DNA from: Lytechinus pictus
Lineage: Eukaryota
NCBI RefSeq assembly: GCF_037042905.1
Contig: NC_087245.1
Span: 28,026,001 to 28,090,000, forward strand
Direction of reading: 5' to 3'
Length of the DNA stretch: 64,000 nt
Numbering within the stretch: position 1 is the first letter of the stretch; each line of letters starts with the position of its first letter. A program made the translations under genes and the position numbers. Positions 41,294 through 54,349 of the stretch are shown here, in pieces. The notes beneath the pieces are model-generated. The model worked only from the letters and a program-made list of their open reading frames with translations. It ran no database searches and had not been told where the DNA came from.

Positions 41294-44200
41294 GGGTCAG
41301 AAGGGTCAATAGGCTATGGAACTATTCATTCCCTAAAGGGCGATGGGACAGGAGAATTGATTGTAAAAGATCATACCGAGATACAGCTTTCTCCTGCTGT
41401 CAGCAGATCAAGACCGACCGAAGCCATATCCATACAACCGAGAGGAATCTTCATTGTGCCAAGTAACCTTGAAGTTCCTGATACTCTCTCAATACAGGGT
41501 GGTATATTTGGATTACAAGAGCTTGTTGTCTCTGGAACCATTAACATCTACAACTCTGGCTATTCAGTTTGCTCAAACTGCTCAATGACCTCAACAGAGC
41601 TGGGTCAATACCGTCTTACCAGTATCCATGTGCGTAATACTGGAACCTTTCATGTCAGGAGCAACACCTACAGCACTCAGGATGAAAGCGGGGTTCGTCT
41701 GTTTCTTACTGGGATTCTGGAAGTGGAATACGGAGGAGTTGCACGTGTAGAGAAAAGTATTGCAGGATATACCAAATGCCTTAAAGTAGAACTGTCCGGA
41801 AGTGTTGATGGATCAGGGTTAGGCTACCTGCAAGAAAGTGGCCCTGGGCGAGGTTACAGATGCGGCAATGCTGGCAGTGGAGCTGGGCATGGCGGTATGG
41901 GGAATAGGATAGGTTGTGTTCATGGCAGTGAGACATATGGTGAAGCTTGCCTGCCAGTCAGTTCAGGAAGTGGAGGTGGTTCAGGATGCACTGGCGGTCA
42001 TGTCGGTGGAAGTGGTGGAGCTGCTGTCAAATTCATCTCAATTCTGTCTCATGTAGAAGGTGATATAAGGATGGATGGAAATAATGGAGCATATACATCT
42101 GGAGGTGGCAGTGGGGGGTCTATCTGGCTTGATAGTGATGTCTTTGAAGGATGGGGTGTTCTGTCGGCTTCAGGCGGGAGTGGATCTTCAGCACGGTGTT
42201 ATAACCTTGACCATATAAGATATGGTGGTGGAGGAGGAGGGGGCCGTATAAGGACATTTTCCCCAGGCCTATATCCCATTTTGTCTGGAAGACGTGTGGT
42301 GGATGGACCAAGTGCTGGCTCTGGAACGCTCTGTTCAGATCCTTTGCTTTGCAATTGCCCAATCTCTTCTCTGTGCAGTAATCATGGTATATGGAACACA
42401 ACAACAGAAGAATGTACCTGTGGTGATGGATATGTTGGTACCTGGTGCCACGTACCATGTTCATCAAGCTTGACCTGCAATGGGCATGGTCTATGTACCG
42501 ATTCTGGTGACTGCATCTGTGAAGTGGGATATGTTGGATATCGATGTGAGCATGAATGCACCAGAAATGACACCTGTAACGGACATGGTGAATGCTCAGT
42601 ATTTGGGGAATGCCTATGTCAGGATTGTTTCCATGGGGAAGATTGCTCACAAGAATGCAGTGATGCTGGTACATGTTCTCTCCTCGGTACTTGTGATTGC
42701 AATAGCTGCCATGTTGGGGAATACTGTGAAATTGTGTGCTCGGACCATGGATCATGTGATAATGGGGTTTGTTCCTGTGAAGTGGGTTGGAGCGGTGAGC
42801 ACTGCTCCATTGCTGGATGTCCAGGTGACGATAATTGTTGTGGACATGGAGTTTGCAATTCTGCAATTCATCAGTGTTATTGCAATCCTGGATGGTGGGG
42901 TAATGACTGCTGCTCTCCAGACTGCCCAGGAGATCCAGATTGCAACAGTAATGGAAACTGCACAGCTCTGAGTAATCCCCCACAATGTACATGCTTCCAT
43001 GGATGGATGGGTCTCGCATGTGAACATGAATGCCTCCATGGGAGTGTGGTTGTTCTAAATGGAGAATACTCATGCGAGTGTGATCCCTGCTGGGTAGGAT
43101 CAGGATGCAACGTCTTGTGTTCAGGTTTTGGCTTGTGCGACGATACAACAGAAATATGTCAATGTGATCCTCTAACTGGATGGAGAGGTGATCTCTGTGA
43201 GGTCCCTGGGTGCCCTGGAATTGGAGAAGATTGCTCTGGTCATGGTGATTGCAATAGTGCAGTTCATGAATGTACCTGTGATCCTGGCTGGTCTGGTGTT
43301 GGCTGCCACATACCTGACTGCCCTGGTGAACCAGACTGCTATGAACGAGGCTTCTGCAATGCAACATTCGATCCGCCTGAATGCAGAAACTGCTCCACTG
43401 GTTTTATGGGACGTGATTGCAATGAACGTTGCATCAATGGTCAGCAGCAACCAATGGACAGTGGGATATGTGTTTGTGAGCCAGGATGGGTAGGCACGAG
43501 TTGTGATTCAGAGTGCTCTGGTCATGGTTCAATCATTGATGGAGAGTGTGTATGTGATGAAGTCTGGCGCGGAATATTCTGTGACTACCCTGGTTGTCCG
43601 GGTGATGGTATTGATTGTAGCGGCCATGGAGAATGTGACAGCTCACAACATGTCTGTACTTGTGATCCTGGCTGGATTGGAGATGGCTGCAACATTGCTG
43701 ATTGCCCTGGAGAACCAGACTGCAATGGTAAAGGTACCTGCAACAGCACATTTGATCCACCAAGGTGTCTTGACTGTCAGCCAGGCTTTATGGGACTTTC
43801 CTGTGAAGAGCCCTGTGTCCACGGAACTCAAGATCCTCCAAACAGTGGCATTTGCCAGTGTGAATCACTCTATACTGGTGTTGGATGTGATGCAGAATGT
43901 TCTTTACATGGAATAATTGTTGGTGAGCAATGCCTGTGTGATCCTACATGGTGGGGAACTCTTTGCGATGAACCAGGCTGTTACGGCAATGGCTCATCCT
44001 GCACAGATAGGGGTGAATGCAATGCAGCTTCTCATATTTGTAGTTGTGTGAGTGGATACAGAGGAAATGGCTGTGAATTTCTGGACTGTCCTGGAGATCC
44101 TGATTGCTTTGGACGTGGTGAATGCAGTGATAACTTTGAAACACCACGTTGTATTAACTGCCATTGGCCTTACATAGGAAGGGACTGCAACCAACTTTGT

Positions 44201-44551
44201 CAAAATGGCACTGAACAACCAGTCAACAGTGGAAACTGCATATGTGATGCCTGTTTTGCAGGTATGGGGTGTAATGCTGAATGTTCCGGAAACGGCCAAT
44301 GCCTCACCAACCCTGAGAGTGGACTTCTCCAATGCTCTTGCATCACAAGATGGCGAGGAGATCTCTGTAATGTGCCAGGCTGTCCTGGTGATGGGGAAGA
44401 CTGTACTGGACATGGTGACTGTAATACAGGTGTTGGGCAGTGCTTCTGCTACCCAGGCTGGATTGGAGAGGGATGTGATGTGCCAGACTGTCCAGGAGAA
44501 CCTGACTGCAATGGGCATGGTGAATGTGCAGTACCATCCGATTCTCAACCA
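41294..44551 (+). CDS. Exon 18: last Gly-rich repeat, then the start of the EGF array
   Basis: tttcag|GSEGSIG...; EGF modules (CxxHGxC...CxCxxGWxGxxC) from about 42370; donor CCA|gtaagt. Confidence 0.92.
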
Positions 44552-44977
44552 GTAAGTAGATATTTGTTTTCCTAGCATGAGAGTTTTACATACATGTAGA
44601 GTCCTTGGTCATAAAAGATAGCATGACATGAGTGGAAAATGAAAGAGATATTTAACTGAATCATTTGAATATCAAGCGCAGGAAAGAATAAGGATTAGTT
44701 ATCTTGTGTGCATGTATTATGAATCACACAATTTGATCTTCATTTAATTACAGGTTTATGCAAAGAAATAAGAGTTTGGCATTAAAATATATTACACATA
44801 ATGGATGATAATTGATCGCTATAATTAACAAAAAGAACAGAATTTCTTAATTAAATCTCTGATATTTTATCTAAAGAGAGTAAAAAAAATACTTTGCCCT
44901 AATTCATTGTATTTTGCATTCATAGATCTAATCACTTTGTTTCTTTTATCATTTGCATAACCTCTTACCCTACCCAG

Positions 44978-45347
44978 ATCTGCATTTGTGAAAACGGCTT
45001 CTTTGGAAGTGATTGTGATTTCTTTTGCATGGAAGGTGAGGTGCAGGATGAGCACACTTGCAAATGTGACAAATGCTATACTGGATTTGAGTGTAACGTT
45101 GAGTGCTCTGGCAATGGAATTTGTAGATCTGGCGAGTGCGATTGCTCCAGCAATGCACTTCAGTCTATTCTTGGAATTCAGTCTTTTCTGGGACCACTTT
45201 GTGAGTTCAGAGGATGCCCTGGAGATGATGGTTCCTGCAACGGTCAGGGATCCTGCAACGTTGACAGCCAAGAATGCACCTGTTACCCGGGCTGGACTGG
45301 AGAGGACTGCAATGAGCCGGATTGCCCAGGAGTTCCCAGCTGCTCTG
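44978..45347 (+). CDS. Exon 19 (EGF repeats)
   Basis: cccag|ICICENGFFGSDC...PSCS G|gtacgt. Confidence 0.9.
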
Positions 45348-45488
45348 GTACGTTACAAACTCTTGATAACCTTTTGATATTGGAGTGTAACTGTTCTTCG
45401 CTAAATGCTTGATTGCTTGATTTTCAGGGGCTTCTGAATTAGATTTAATTTACCTTAACAGGAAATCATTTCTTTGTATTTGAGAAAC

Positions 45489-45712
45489 CAGGGTCCTGTC
45501 GTACAAATGACTATTATTAATCCATTCAATTACAACTATAGAAAACCAGGGAGACCTGCTTTCTGATTGTGTTTAATACTCGTGCATGTGTCTTTGTCTT
45601 TTCAAATCAGAGTGCTCTTTGTTTTCAAAGGGACATAGTGTACTATAACTATGAAGAATTATCTCATTGATGGATTTCCATGATTGAGATTGATTAAATC
45701 AATGACAACTCT
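45489..45712. mobile_element. Degenerate inverted copy of the 37044-37325 MITE family
   Basis: cattgatggatttccat at ~45665 is the reverse complement of atggaaatccatcaatg at ~37101; decayed TIR-like ends. Confidence 0.5.
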
Positions 45713-45982
45713 AGAAAATTAGTCACATGCCATATGCAGCTTCCATAATTAATTTATGATCAGGCCTAATATTATACTATTCAAATCGCAATATAATGTA
45801 ACATAATTTTATCTTTTTTATTCAAAGGGTGCGCAAGATTTAAAGTCAATTCCTCCCACCTGCTCTAATAAAATTGCCAAAATAAACTTATTTTCTATTT
45901 ACTTTCTCTTTAGTGTGTTTTCAAAGTCTCCAAATGCAATGTTTGCCATGTTTAAAAATGTTGCATTAATGTCCCTTTACAG

Positions 45983-46169
45983 GAAACGGTGTATGTGAGA
46001 ATAGACAGCCAAGGCGATGTTCCTGCGATGAAGAATGGACTGGTGAAGCTTGCAGCATCTCCTGTGTCCATGGCAAGAATATTGATGGATCACGATGTGT
46101 CTGTGACCCATGCTACACAGGGCTTGGCTGTACAGAGATATGCAGTGGCAATGGCCAGTGTAATGACGG
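45983..46169 (+). CDS. Exon 20 (EGF; correct frame not in the ORF track)
   Basis: ttacag|(G)NGVCENRQPRRCSCDEEWTGEAC...QCND GG|gtagga (phase 2). Confidence 0.88.
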
Positions 46170-46474
46170 GTAGGAACTGTATATTTTAAACTAATGAAAA
46201 TACTGGATATGGGGGGTGTCTCTGGTGTTTTGTGTAGGCATAAAACCTAAACCTACTTGAGTATAGGAATATAGTGGTCCCGGAATTGAGAAAGTGGGAA
46301 TTAGTTAACCCATAGGTATATGTGTTCATTTGCCAACTTGATTATGTTATATGTATGTTTAACTAAGAAATATATGGTACATTTCTGTGATATTTAGTGA
46401 TATACAAGTGGTTTTTGCTTTAATTGTTTTTTAATAAATTCTTACTTATTGCATTTTCTGTGTTCGTATTTTAG

Positions 46475-47373
46475 AACTTGCATATGTGACTTTAAGAGTG
46501 GTTTCCGAGGTGACCACTGTCAGATAAATGGCTGTCCAGGAAATAAAACAGACTGCAGTGGTCATGGATCATGTAATACTGGAAGCTGGGAGTGTCTCTG
46601 TGATCCTGGTTGGCAAGATATTGGATGCCAAATTCCAGATTGTCCAGGAACTCCAGATTGCTCTGGACATGGTGATTGTCCTTTACCTGCATCTGAGGAG
46701 AATCCTATTTGCCATTGTGAGGATACTTTCATGGGCCATGCTTGTGAGTTCAGATGCTTCCATGGACACCCCTCTTTGCTTAACATGACATGGGTCTGTG
46801 AATGTGAAGCATGTTACAGTGGCGTGGATTGCAGTTCTTTGTGCAACAATCAAAGCAATGTATGTGATAATGGGATCTGTGATTGTGGATTTGATGGATG
46901 GAGGGGAGACGTCTGTGACAGGCAAGGTTGCCCAGGAGAAGGAACAGACTGTAGCAACCATGGACAATGCAATCTTGCTGATCGCTCCTGTTCGTGCAAC
47001 CCTGGTTGGACAGGAATAGGATGCCACATCCCAGACTGTCCTGGAGAACCTGATGACTGCAATGGCCGTGGTGTCTGTCATCCCGAGGATCCATCTCCTC
47101 GTTGCATCAACTGCAGTGCTGGTTGGATGGGAGCTGCATGTGAGGTTCCTTGTGTGAACGGAACCCAAAACCCACCTAATTCAGGCATCTGTGATTGCCA
47201 GCCTTGCTTTCATGGAATAAGTTGTGACAGCCGTTGCTCTGGTATTGGTGTGTGCTCCAGTAATGGTACCTGTGACTGCATTTATGCTGCTGGGAAGGGA
47301 GCATTCTGTGAGATCCCAGGCTGTCCTGGAGTATTTGACCTTGATTGCTCTGGAAGAGGATCATGTCTCGAAG
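46475..47373 (+). CDS. Exon 21 (EGF repeats)
   Basis: ttttag|A TCICD...GSCLE G|gtgtgt. Confidence 0.9.
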
Positions 47374-47889
47374 GTGTGTTTATATTTTAATTTTTTATCT
47401 AATATCAGGAGATACAGAAAGGCAACTCCAAAAGATATGTGCACCTAACCTCCTACATGTATACCTGGGACCTTCCTGAATTGATTAATCTTTGTTTTCT
47501 AGGTCATACGAATCGTAGTAACGCTCATAAACTATCATGGCTTATGAAGTTGATGAAGTGAAGTGAGATTGGAGAAAATTTTGTGGAGCCATTTTCCTTT
47601 TGAATGTTCTGCTCGTGATTTTTTTTCACAAACATTATTTAGCCTCTGTATAACAAACATTATGTAACATAATTATAGCATTAGTGTGTGACTATAATGC
47701 AAATAAATTAAAAGTTAATATTCCAGTGAATTCTTTCTCTGCAATGTGTGGAGTTCCAGAACAAGAAAACATGGAAGAAAACATAAGGCAGCATAAAAAC
47801 GTAAAATCAGAATTTCATAACTTTTATTGGTGCATGGCAAGAGGAATATTCCAATTATTTTGATGCAAGTTGTTTTTATCTGTCTGCAG

Positions 47890-48063
47890 GAGAGTGTTTG
47901 TGCAACCAGGGTTGGACTGGTGTTGGTTGCGAGATAGCAGACTGTCCTGGAGATCCTGACTGTAATGATAGAGGAGTTTGCTTCTCTGAGCTTGATGTCC
48001 CTGAATGTCGAAGCTGTGCTACAGGATGGATGGGCGAGGCTTGTGAGGTACCCTGTGGTCCAG
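47890..48063 (+). CDS. Exon 22 (EGF repeats)
   Basis: ctgcag|(G)ECLCNQGW...PCGP G|gtatgt. Confidence 0.9.
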
Positions 48064-48208
48064 GTATGTTCACGAAGAGTTATCCCTAATGTGATATACC
48101 AAGATGAATACTTTTTCCTTTAGTAAAGATGCAATTTTCTTAAGAGTGCTGTGAGATATTTTATGAATTTATTATGCTTTCAGGGTTCTGGAAAAAGAAT
48201 TAGTCTAC

Positions 48209-48671
48209 TACGCTTTTTCACAGGATTTTCTTAACCCCAGACTATCGCTAACCTCGTATTGTCCTTAACACTGTACTAAACTTTTTCCTTCTCACAAACT
48301 TTATGCTTAACCCTGGCTAAGAAAATGGTTGTTTATCTCAAACATAATTTAGTAATCCCTAACTAGTGGTAGCCATTCATGAGTGCTTAACTCTGATTGG
48401 ACAACAGTGCTGGCTTTGTTGCCCCTAGGGCATAAACCAAGCAATGTCCTTGGCTTAGCCGGGTTTCTTTTTACACTAGGGATCTTAACCCCAGACTTTC
48501 ACTCATAGTACCGCAATTGCTCTGCTAACCCTGCTATTTTGCAGGGCCAAATAATCCTGTACTATAGTTGGGGTTCGCCCACTTTGCAAAAACGCTATGT
48601 AAAAAGGAAGCGGGCTAAGCTTAACCCCATACCACAGGGTTAAGGACATTTTCATGTGTGTAAAAAGCATA
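48209..48671. mobile_element. Degenerate MITE-like element with ttaaccc sub-repeats
   Basis: tacgctttttcaca...cttaaccc pairs loosely with gggttaag...tgtgtaaaaagcata. Confidence 0.45.
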
Positions 48672-48940
48672 TATAAGGAAACAGAGTTATCACGTCAACC
48701 TCTTATACTTGTATTGCTTGTGATATACTGCCTTCAAATAAGAATCGATAACAAATTGATGATTAATCTGAAAGTTTCATCAGTCAACTTCGATTTTTAT
48801 TTAATCCATTGAGAAAAATCAAATGAGATAATTGTGCATGTCATCAAAATATTATACATGTTAAGTTGTTTTATCATGGTTATTAGTGGAAGTCAGAACT
48901 CTGATTATACATTTACTTTGGAATGTTTTTTTGTCCACAG

Positions 48941-49453
48941 ACCATGGCATCCAGTTTCCAATGGACAGTGGAGTATGTAAGTGTACAGACCCTTGCTGGC
49001 ATGGAGTTAGCTGTCATGACCTTTGTAGTGGTCAAGGATTCTGTACCCAGGAGGGAAACAGCCACTGTGAATGCCAACCTAGCTATTGGGGAGAGTTCTG
49101 TGAAATAGCAAGTTGCCATGGCGATGGCCGCCCATGCTCGGGGCATGGCGTTTGTCAACCAGACAGAACGTGCATGTGTGAGAGCAGCTGGTTAGGACAA
49201 GGATGTGAACTCCCTGTCTGCATCAACGACTGCAACGGATACGGCTTCTGCGATGGTTCCAGTGGCATTCCGGTGTGCCAGTGCGATGAGAACCACTTTG
49301 GACTGGATTGTGGGTATGACTGTGTGAATGGTACGGTCTTCAATGAAACCTGTGTATGCGATCCATGTTCCTCTGGCCCCTTCTGTGATCAGGAATGTGC
49401 TGGTCATGGCATATGTATGGATGACACATGTCATTGTGATCAGGCATGGTGGG
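48941..49453 (+). CDS. Exon 23 (EGF repeats)
   Basis: ccacag|(D)HGIQFPMDSG...DQAWW G|gtgagg. Confidence 0.9.
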
Positions 49454-50072
49454 GTGAGGACCTGTTATTTTTTTTCATATGTGTAATCTCTGGTCAATTA
49501 CAAAAATGCATTTCTAATTTGTTCATATTTTGAGACAAAGATGTTTGAGATTAATGCTACTTCAACACATTTATTTAATTCTTATGATATCCTTTTCGAG
49601 ATATAGGTTATATTATTTTTCGTTATAGATATGGAAAAATGTTGATCATGCGAACATATATCTAACATCTAGGAGCAGTTATTTGCACATGTTTCAAGCT
49701 CTTTATTTTCACTCACCAGTCTTCAAGGAAAGCTTAATATTTGATGGCAATATGCATAAGGAAGACAAAAGGAGGATTCGAACTTCTGTCATTGTAATTT
49801 GTAGACACATCTTGGCTATCATATGTATGATCAATTAAAGAAGGCATCCAGTATTTTATCATTACCATGACAATTGTGTTTCCTGGGGAGATTTTCATGA
49901 AAGGACTTTTCAGACGTTTTATCAGACAAGTCCTGTTTTATTCAACAGTTACCATTGGAAATGTGCTTCTCCGTCATTCAAAATCGAGAAGAGTTATGAG
50001 ATAAAATGTTGATAAAAGTCTTCCCAGGTTACAATTCTCTCTCTCTCTTTTTCTTGCTCTTCCCTGTATCAG

Positions 50073-50234
50073 GTACTGATTGCAGTTACCGTGGCTGTCC
50101 AGGTGATGGAACCAACTGCACTGGACATGGCTACTGCGATGCTCTTCGTCAACAATGCAGCTGTATGTTAGGATGGAAGGACCAAGGCTGTAATGTTCCT
50201 GATTGCATTGGAGAACCTGACTGCGGAGGAAGGG
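50073..50234 (+). CDS. Exon 24 (EGF repeats)
   Basis: tatcag|(G)TDCSYRGCPG...DCGGR G|gtaatt. Confidence 0.9.
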
Positions 50235-50663
50235 GTAATTTTTATCATTCCTGTATCAGCTCTAGAAGCCTTATTTTGTTCTTTATTGTTATTTGCTTGT
50301 GTGCAGGGGCTGCAAGACCTTGGGAAAAACTGTTGAATTTTTTTAATAAACATGTACAAACACATAAAAATGGACATCTGATTTTGTGCATGGTCACCCC
50401 CCCCCCCCCCACCCTTGCCACCAAAGAGCACATTTTGTTTGATGTTGACCTTTTGGTGTACATGTCGGGATGATTTTACATTATCACAGCAACAAATATA
50501 TAATGGAACAAATTATTATCAAATAATAAGAATCATTATGCTATACTCTTTATCATGATAAACTTTTTGTTGTTAAATTCAGTACTACAAGATTTTCTTG
50601 TTTCAGTTATTGTGAAAAGTTCGGACAGCATGCTGTTAAAGGATTTTACCGTTATTGTTCTAG

Positions 50664-51053
50664 GTTACTGCAATGGATCTTATGACCCATTACCGCAATG
50701 TGATTGCTACAATGGATGGATAGGAGAAGCTTGTGAGGTCCCATGCATCAATGGAACTCAAGACCCATTAGACCCTAACCGTTGCATCTGTCACCATTGC
50801 TTTGGTGGGTTGAGCTGTGATGTGGAATGCAACAACAGAGGGAGCTGTTCGGAGAGTGAAGGCTGTGCATGTGACCCATTCTTTAAGGGGGAGCTTTGCA
50901 ATGAGTTTGATTGTCCAGGAGAACCAGATTGCTCAGATCGAGGTTCTTGCCTCTTTAGAGATGGAGAAGCATTCTGTCTCTGTGATCCTGGATTTACATC
51001 AGAAAACTGTAGTGAACTGGTGTGTCCTGGACAGCCTCAGTGCTCAGGCTTTG
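50664..51053 (+). CDS. Exon 25 (EGF repeats)
   Basis: ttctag|(G)YCNGS...QCSGF G|gtgaga. Confidence 0.9.
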
Positions 51054-51503
51054 GTGAGAAACAACTTCTTTTGCTGTATTTACATGCATTGTTTATGATA
51101 ATTATAATGATATTGATGATGATAGTAATGATTTTAATAACATTGATAATGATGATAATAATGACAATGTTATGCTAGATTTGCATAGCACTTTTTGTCT
51201 TTGATTAGATGCTTAAGGTGCTTCATAAAGTAATCAGAGAATTAGTAACAAGGGAAAAAGAAGGATATGAATTTCACAATATATATAGAGAACCATGTCT
51301 CTCATTCAGAGCATACTTTTGAGATCATATGCTGTCCCTTAATAAAGCCATTGAGTTAAGTCCAACAATGTGTGGACCTTCCATCCATTTACACATCCTG
51401 AATGGTGCTGACAAGACAAATTTAATAACATTGCAATGTTACCATAGCAGTCATTACAACTACATTTATTATATTCATACATTGTATTATTTGTACAATT
51501 TAG

Positions 51504-51800
51504 GAACTTGTACATTGATAGATGATACGCCCCTTTGTATCTGTCAACATGGCTTTGATGGCGATGCTTGTCAGACATGCCGCCCTCGGTTTACCGGAGA
51601 CACCTGCGACCGTTGCATTGAAGGATACATCGGTTACAACACCAGCTGCAGTATCTACTGTCTTCATGGCTATGCTTCCGATCCTGGAGGAGATGAATGT
51701 CAGTGCTATGATGATGATGAACATGGCCACTGGAGTGGACAGAGCTGTCTCCAGTGCAAGAATGGATTTGCTCTGCCAGACTGCCAACAGTGTGAAAGAA
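51504..51800 (+). CDS. Exon 26 (EGF / laminin-EGF-like)
   Basis: atttag|(G)TCTLID...CQQCER A|gtatgg. Confidence 0.87.
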
Positions 51801-52109
51801 GTATGGAGGAAGCCTTGTTTCACATAGTTTTGGGGGTTTTCTTTGCCTAGTTTTGCAAAGTCCTTTCGTTTCAAAACTTTGGTGGAATATGTATTTTATA
51901 CTGTGTGAAAGAATTGTGAATCCAATACCTAATACTGCTTGATTAATGATGCATGGAAATAAATTAACTGATGCAAAGTCCTTCCGTTTCAAAACTTTGG
52001 TGGAATAATATTTCCTATTTATTGGAAAGAAGCATTTTGTGTTATGATAATTGGTCTTCAACAGAAAACAAACATGAATAGCTTTTAAATTATTATTAAT
52101 GGTAATGTG

Positions 52110-54349
52110 CAGGGTGCGACATAAGCGCTTGCCCGATTGCCCGGGGCAAGTAAAAGTTAGAGTCGGGCAAGTGTTTTGAAACAAAGACAAAAAGTAATTG
52201 CCCGAATCGGGCAAGCAAAATTCTCATATAGATATAGTATTTTAGAAAGATTCCCCATATTTCACCATGAAAAATATAGAAAAGAAATAGAGACAAAAAA
52301 GCCATATCATTTTCTTCTTTCAAAAAAGTTTGTAAGTCATGATTCGAATTGCAAAATTTGCGCTATTTTGTGCAAGAGACACACAGCTCAGAGACATACA
52401 CACACACACCATCACACACAGAATCAATGGCATGCAAGTCGAGCATACCTAGCTAGTGCCTGGCCACGTCCACGCAGCCCATATGCATGTAGTTAAGTTT
52501 CTACCGACGAACGAAGTTTGCACTGGAAGAAATCTCCTACAGAACTGTCAAAATTCACATTTCTTACCAATGGAAACTCTTGTAATGTCCATATTTCCTA
52601 AAAATTGGGGCAACTCTGTCATTTGTAAGCAGTAAAAAAAGAAATCATCCCTTCTGTATTGCTTCAAAATGATCGGGTTTCGAATGATATCGTCTGTATC
52701 ACACACACTGAAATACATTGTTTGACAGTTCCACATATGCATTTGTGTGTATGTTGATAAACTTGAATTGGTTTCTCTCGTAACTATTTTTTTTTTAGCT
52801 AAAAAGAAATTGATAATTTTTCTTCTTTATTTATAACTGGATAGTTTGAGCTTTCTTCCTCTCTTTTTTCTTTCCTTCTGCTTATCCTTCTGCTTCTGCT
52901 TTCTTTAAATTTCCTTCCTTTCAATCCTTCTTTTGTTCATATTTCTATTACGAGCTGTCTTTCTTTTTGTCATTCTTTTCTTTCTTTCTTCCTTCCATCC
53001 ATCCTTTGTTTACCTCTTTGATCCTTCTTTTCCCCTTCCCCTCATTCTTTCTTTGTTACTGTCTTCCATCCATCCATTCTTTACCCTTCCTTTTTTCTTC
53101 CTTCTTTCTTCATCCCTTTCTTTCTTTAATTCCTATTTTTCTTTTCTTTCTTTATAATTTCTTTCCTTCATTCCTTCCTTTCTTTTTTTCTTTCGTTTTT
53201 TCTTTCATTCTTTCTTTCAGCTTCCTTCTTTTTTTCTTCTTTCTTTCTGATTTTCTTTATTTCTGTCTCTCGTTCTTTTGATCTTTCTTTTTTTTCCCAT
53301 CCATCCTTTCTTTTCTTATTTTTTCTTTCTGCCTTCCTTCATCTCTTTCCTTCATTCCTTCCTTCCTTTCTTTCTGTTCATTCTACCTTTCTTTTTTTCC
53401 TTTCTTCCATCTACCCTTTTACCTTTTCTTTCTTCCTTTCTCTTGTTCTTTCTTTCCCTTTCCTTCCTTCCATCCATCCTTTCTCCACCTTTTCTTTTTC
53501 TCTTTTCTTTCTTTCCTTTTACCTTTTTTTCTTTCTTTTTCTTTCTTTAGTCCTTCCTTTCTTTCCTTCATTCCTTTCTTTCTTCCTTAATTTTTCTTTC
53601 CTTTCTCTTGTTCTTTCTTTCCTTTTTCCTTTCTTCCCCTTTTCTTTTTCTCTTTTCTTTCTTCCTTTCTTTCCTTTTACCTTTTTCTTTCTTTCTTTAG
53701 TCCTTCCTTTCTTTCCTTCTTTCCTTTCTTTTTCTTCCCCTCAGTCTTTCTCTATTTTTTTTCTTTACTTCTTCCTTTCCTTCCTTCTTTCTTTCCCTTC
53801 TTTCTTTTTTTCTTTCTTTCTTTCCATCTTTCTCTTCCCCACAGCCATTCTCTCTCTTTCCTTCTTTCTTTTTTCTTTTTCTTTCTTCCTTCCTTTATTT
53901 CTTCCTCCTTTCTGTCTTCTTTTTTTTTTCTTTCATTCTCTCCCCCTCCTAATTTTGTTTCTTTCTCTGGTTATTTTCAGTGATTTTCCCTTTTTTATTG
54001 TGTCTTAGTCCCCTAAAAAAGTACATGGAAAATATATGAGATTAGGAAATTAATTAAAGAGCATATTAACCATATTTTTTGTCATGATGTAGAAGATAAA
54101 AATTAATATAAAAAAATAAAACAATTACAAGGTATACATCAGTAGTCATGTTGAAAATTATATTAAAAAGCCGTCAATGGTATGGAATGTAAAACCGTAA
54201 GCCTATAACTTGTTTTGAAGCAATAAAACTTTGTTTTGAAGGATTTTTTCGGACAAGTGAAATCTACATTCGGGCAAGCATTTTCCAACTATTTGAAAAT
54301 TTACTTGCCCGACTGGGCAAGTGCTTCAAAAAAGTTATGTAGCACCCTG
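52110..54349. mobile_element. 2.24-kb non-autonomous TIR DNA transposon (CAGGG ends, 5-bp TSD)
   Basis: CAGGGTGCGACATAA pairs with TTATGTAGCACCCTG; ATGTG on both flanks; several cgggcaag/cttgcccg subterminal motifs; internal CT-rich tract. Confidence 0.78.
52850..53970. repeat. ~1.1-kb polypyrimidine (CT-rich) low-complexity tract
   Basis: Almost only C and T on the + strand (ttcc/tttc units), with an internal duplication around 53430-53730. Confidence 0.9.

Noticed and set aside
4342..42330. Collagen- or silk-like interpretation of the Gly-rich region
   Set aside because: No sustained Gly-X-Y periodicity; Gly runs alternate with ordered hydrophobic strands.
42120..44578. Long antisense ORFs (415 and 194 aa) and similar shadow ORFs over other exons
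   Set aside because: Explained by Cys/Gly codon bias of the sense exon; no recognisable motifs.
41294..51800. Calling the gene tenascin or teneurin
   Set aside because: Only the EGF type is similar; no FN3, fibrinogen, NHL or YD domains are visible, so no gene symbol is given.
52933..53550. F/L/S-rich ORFs resembling membrane proteins
   Set aside because: Translation artefacts of the CT-rich tract.
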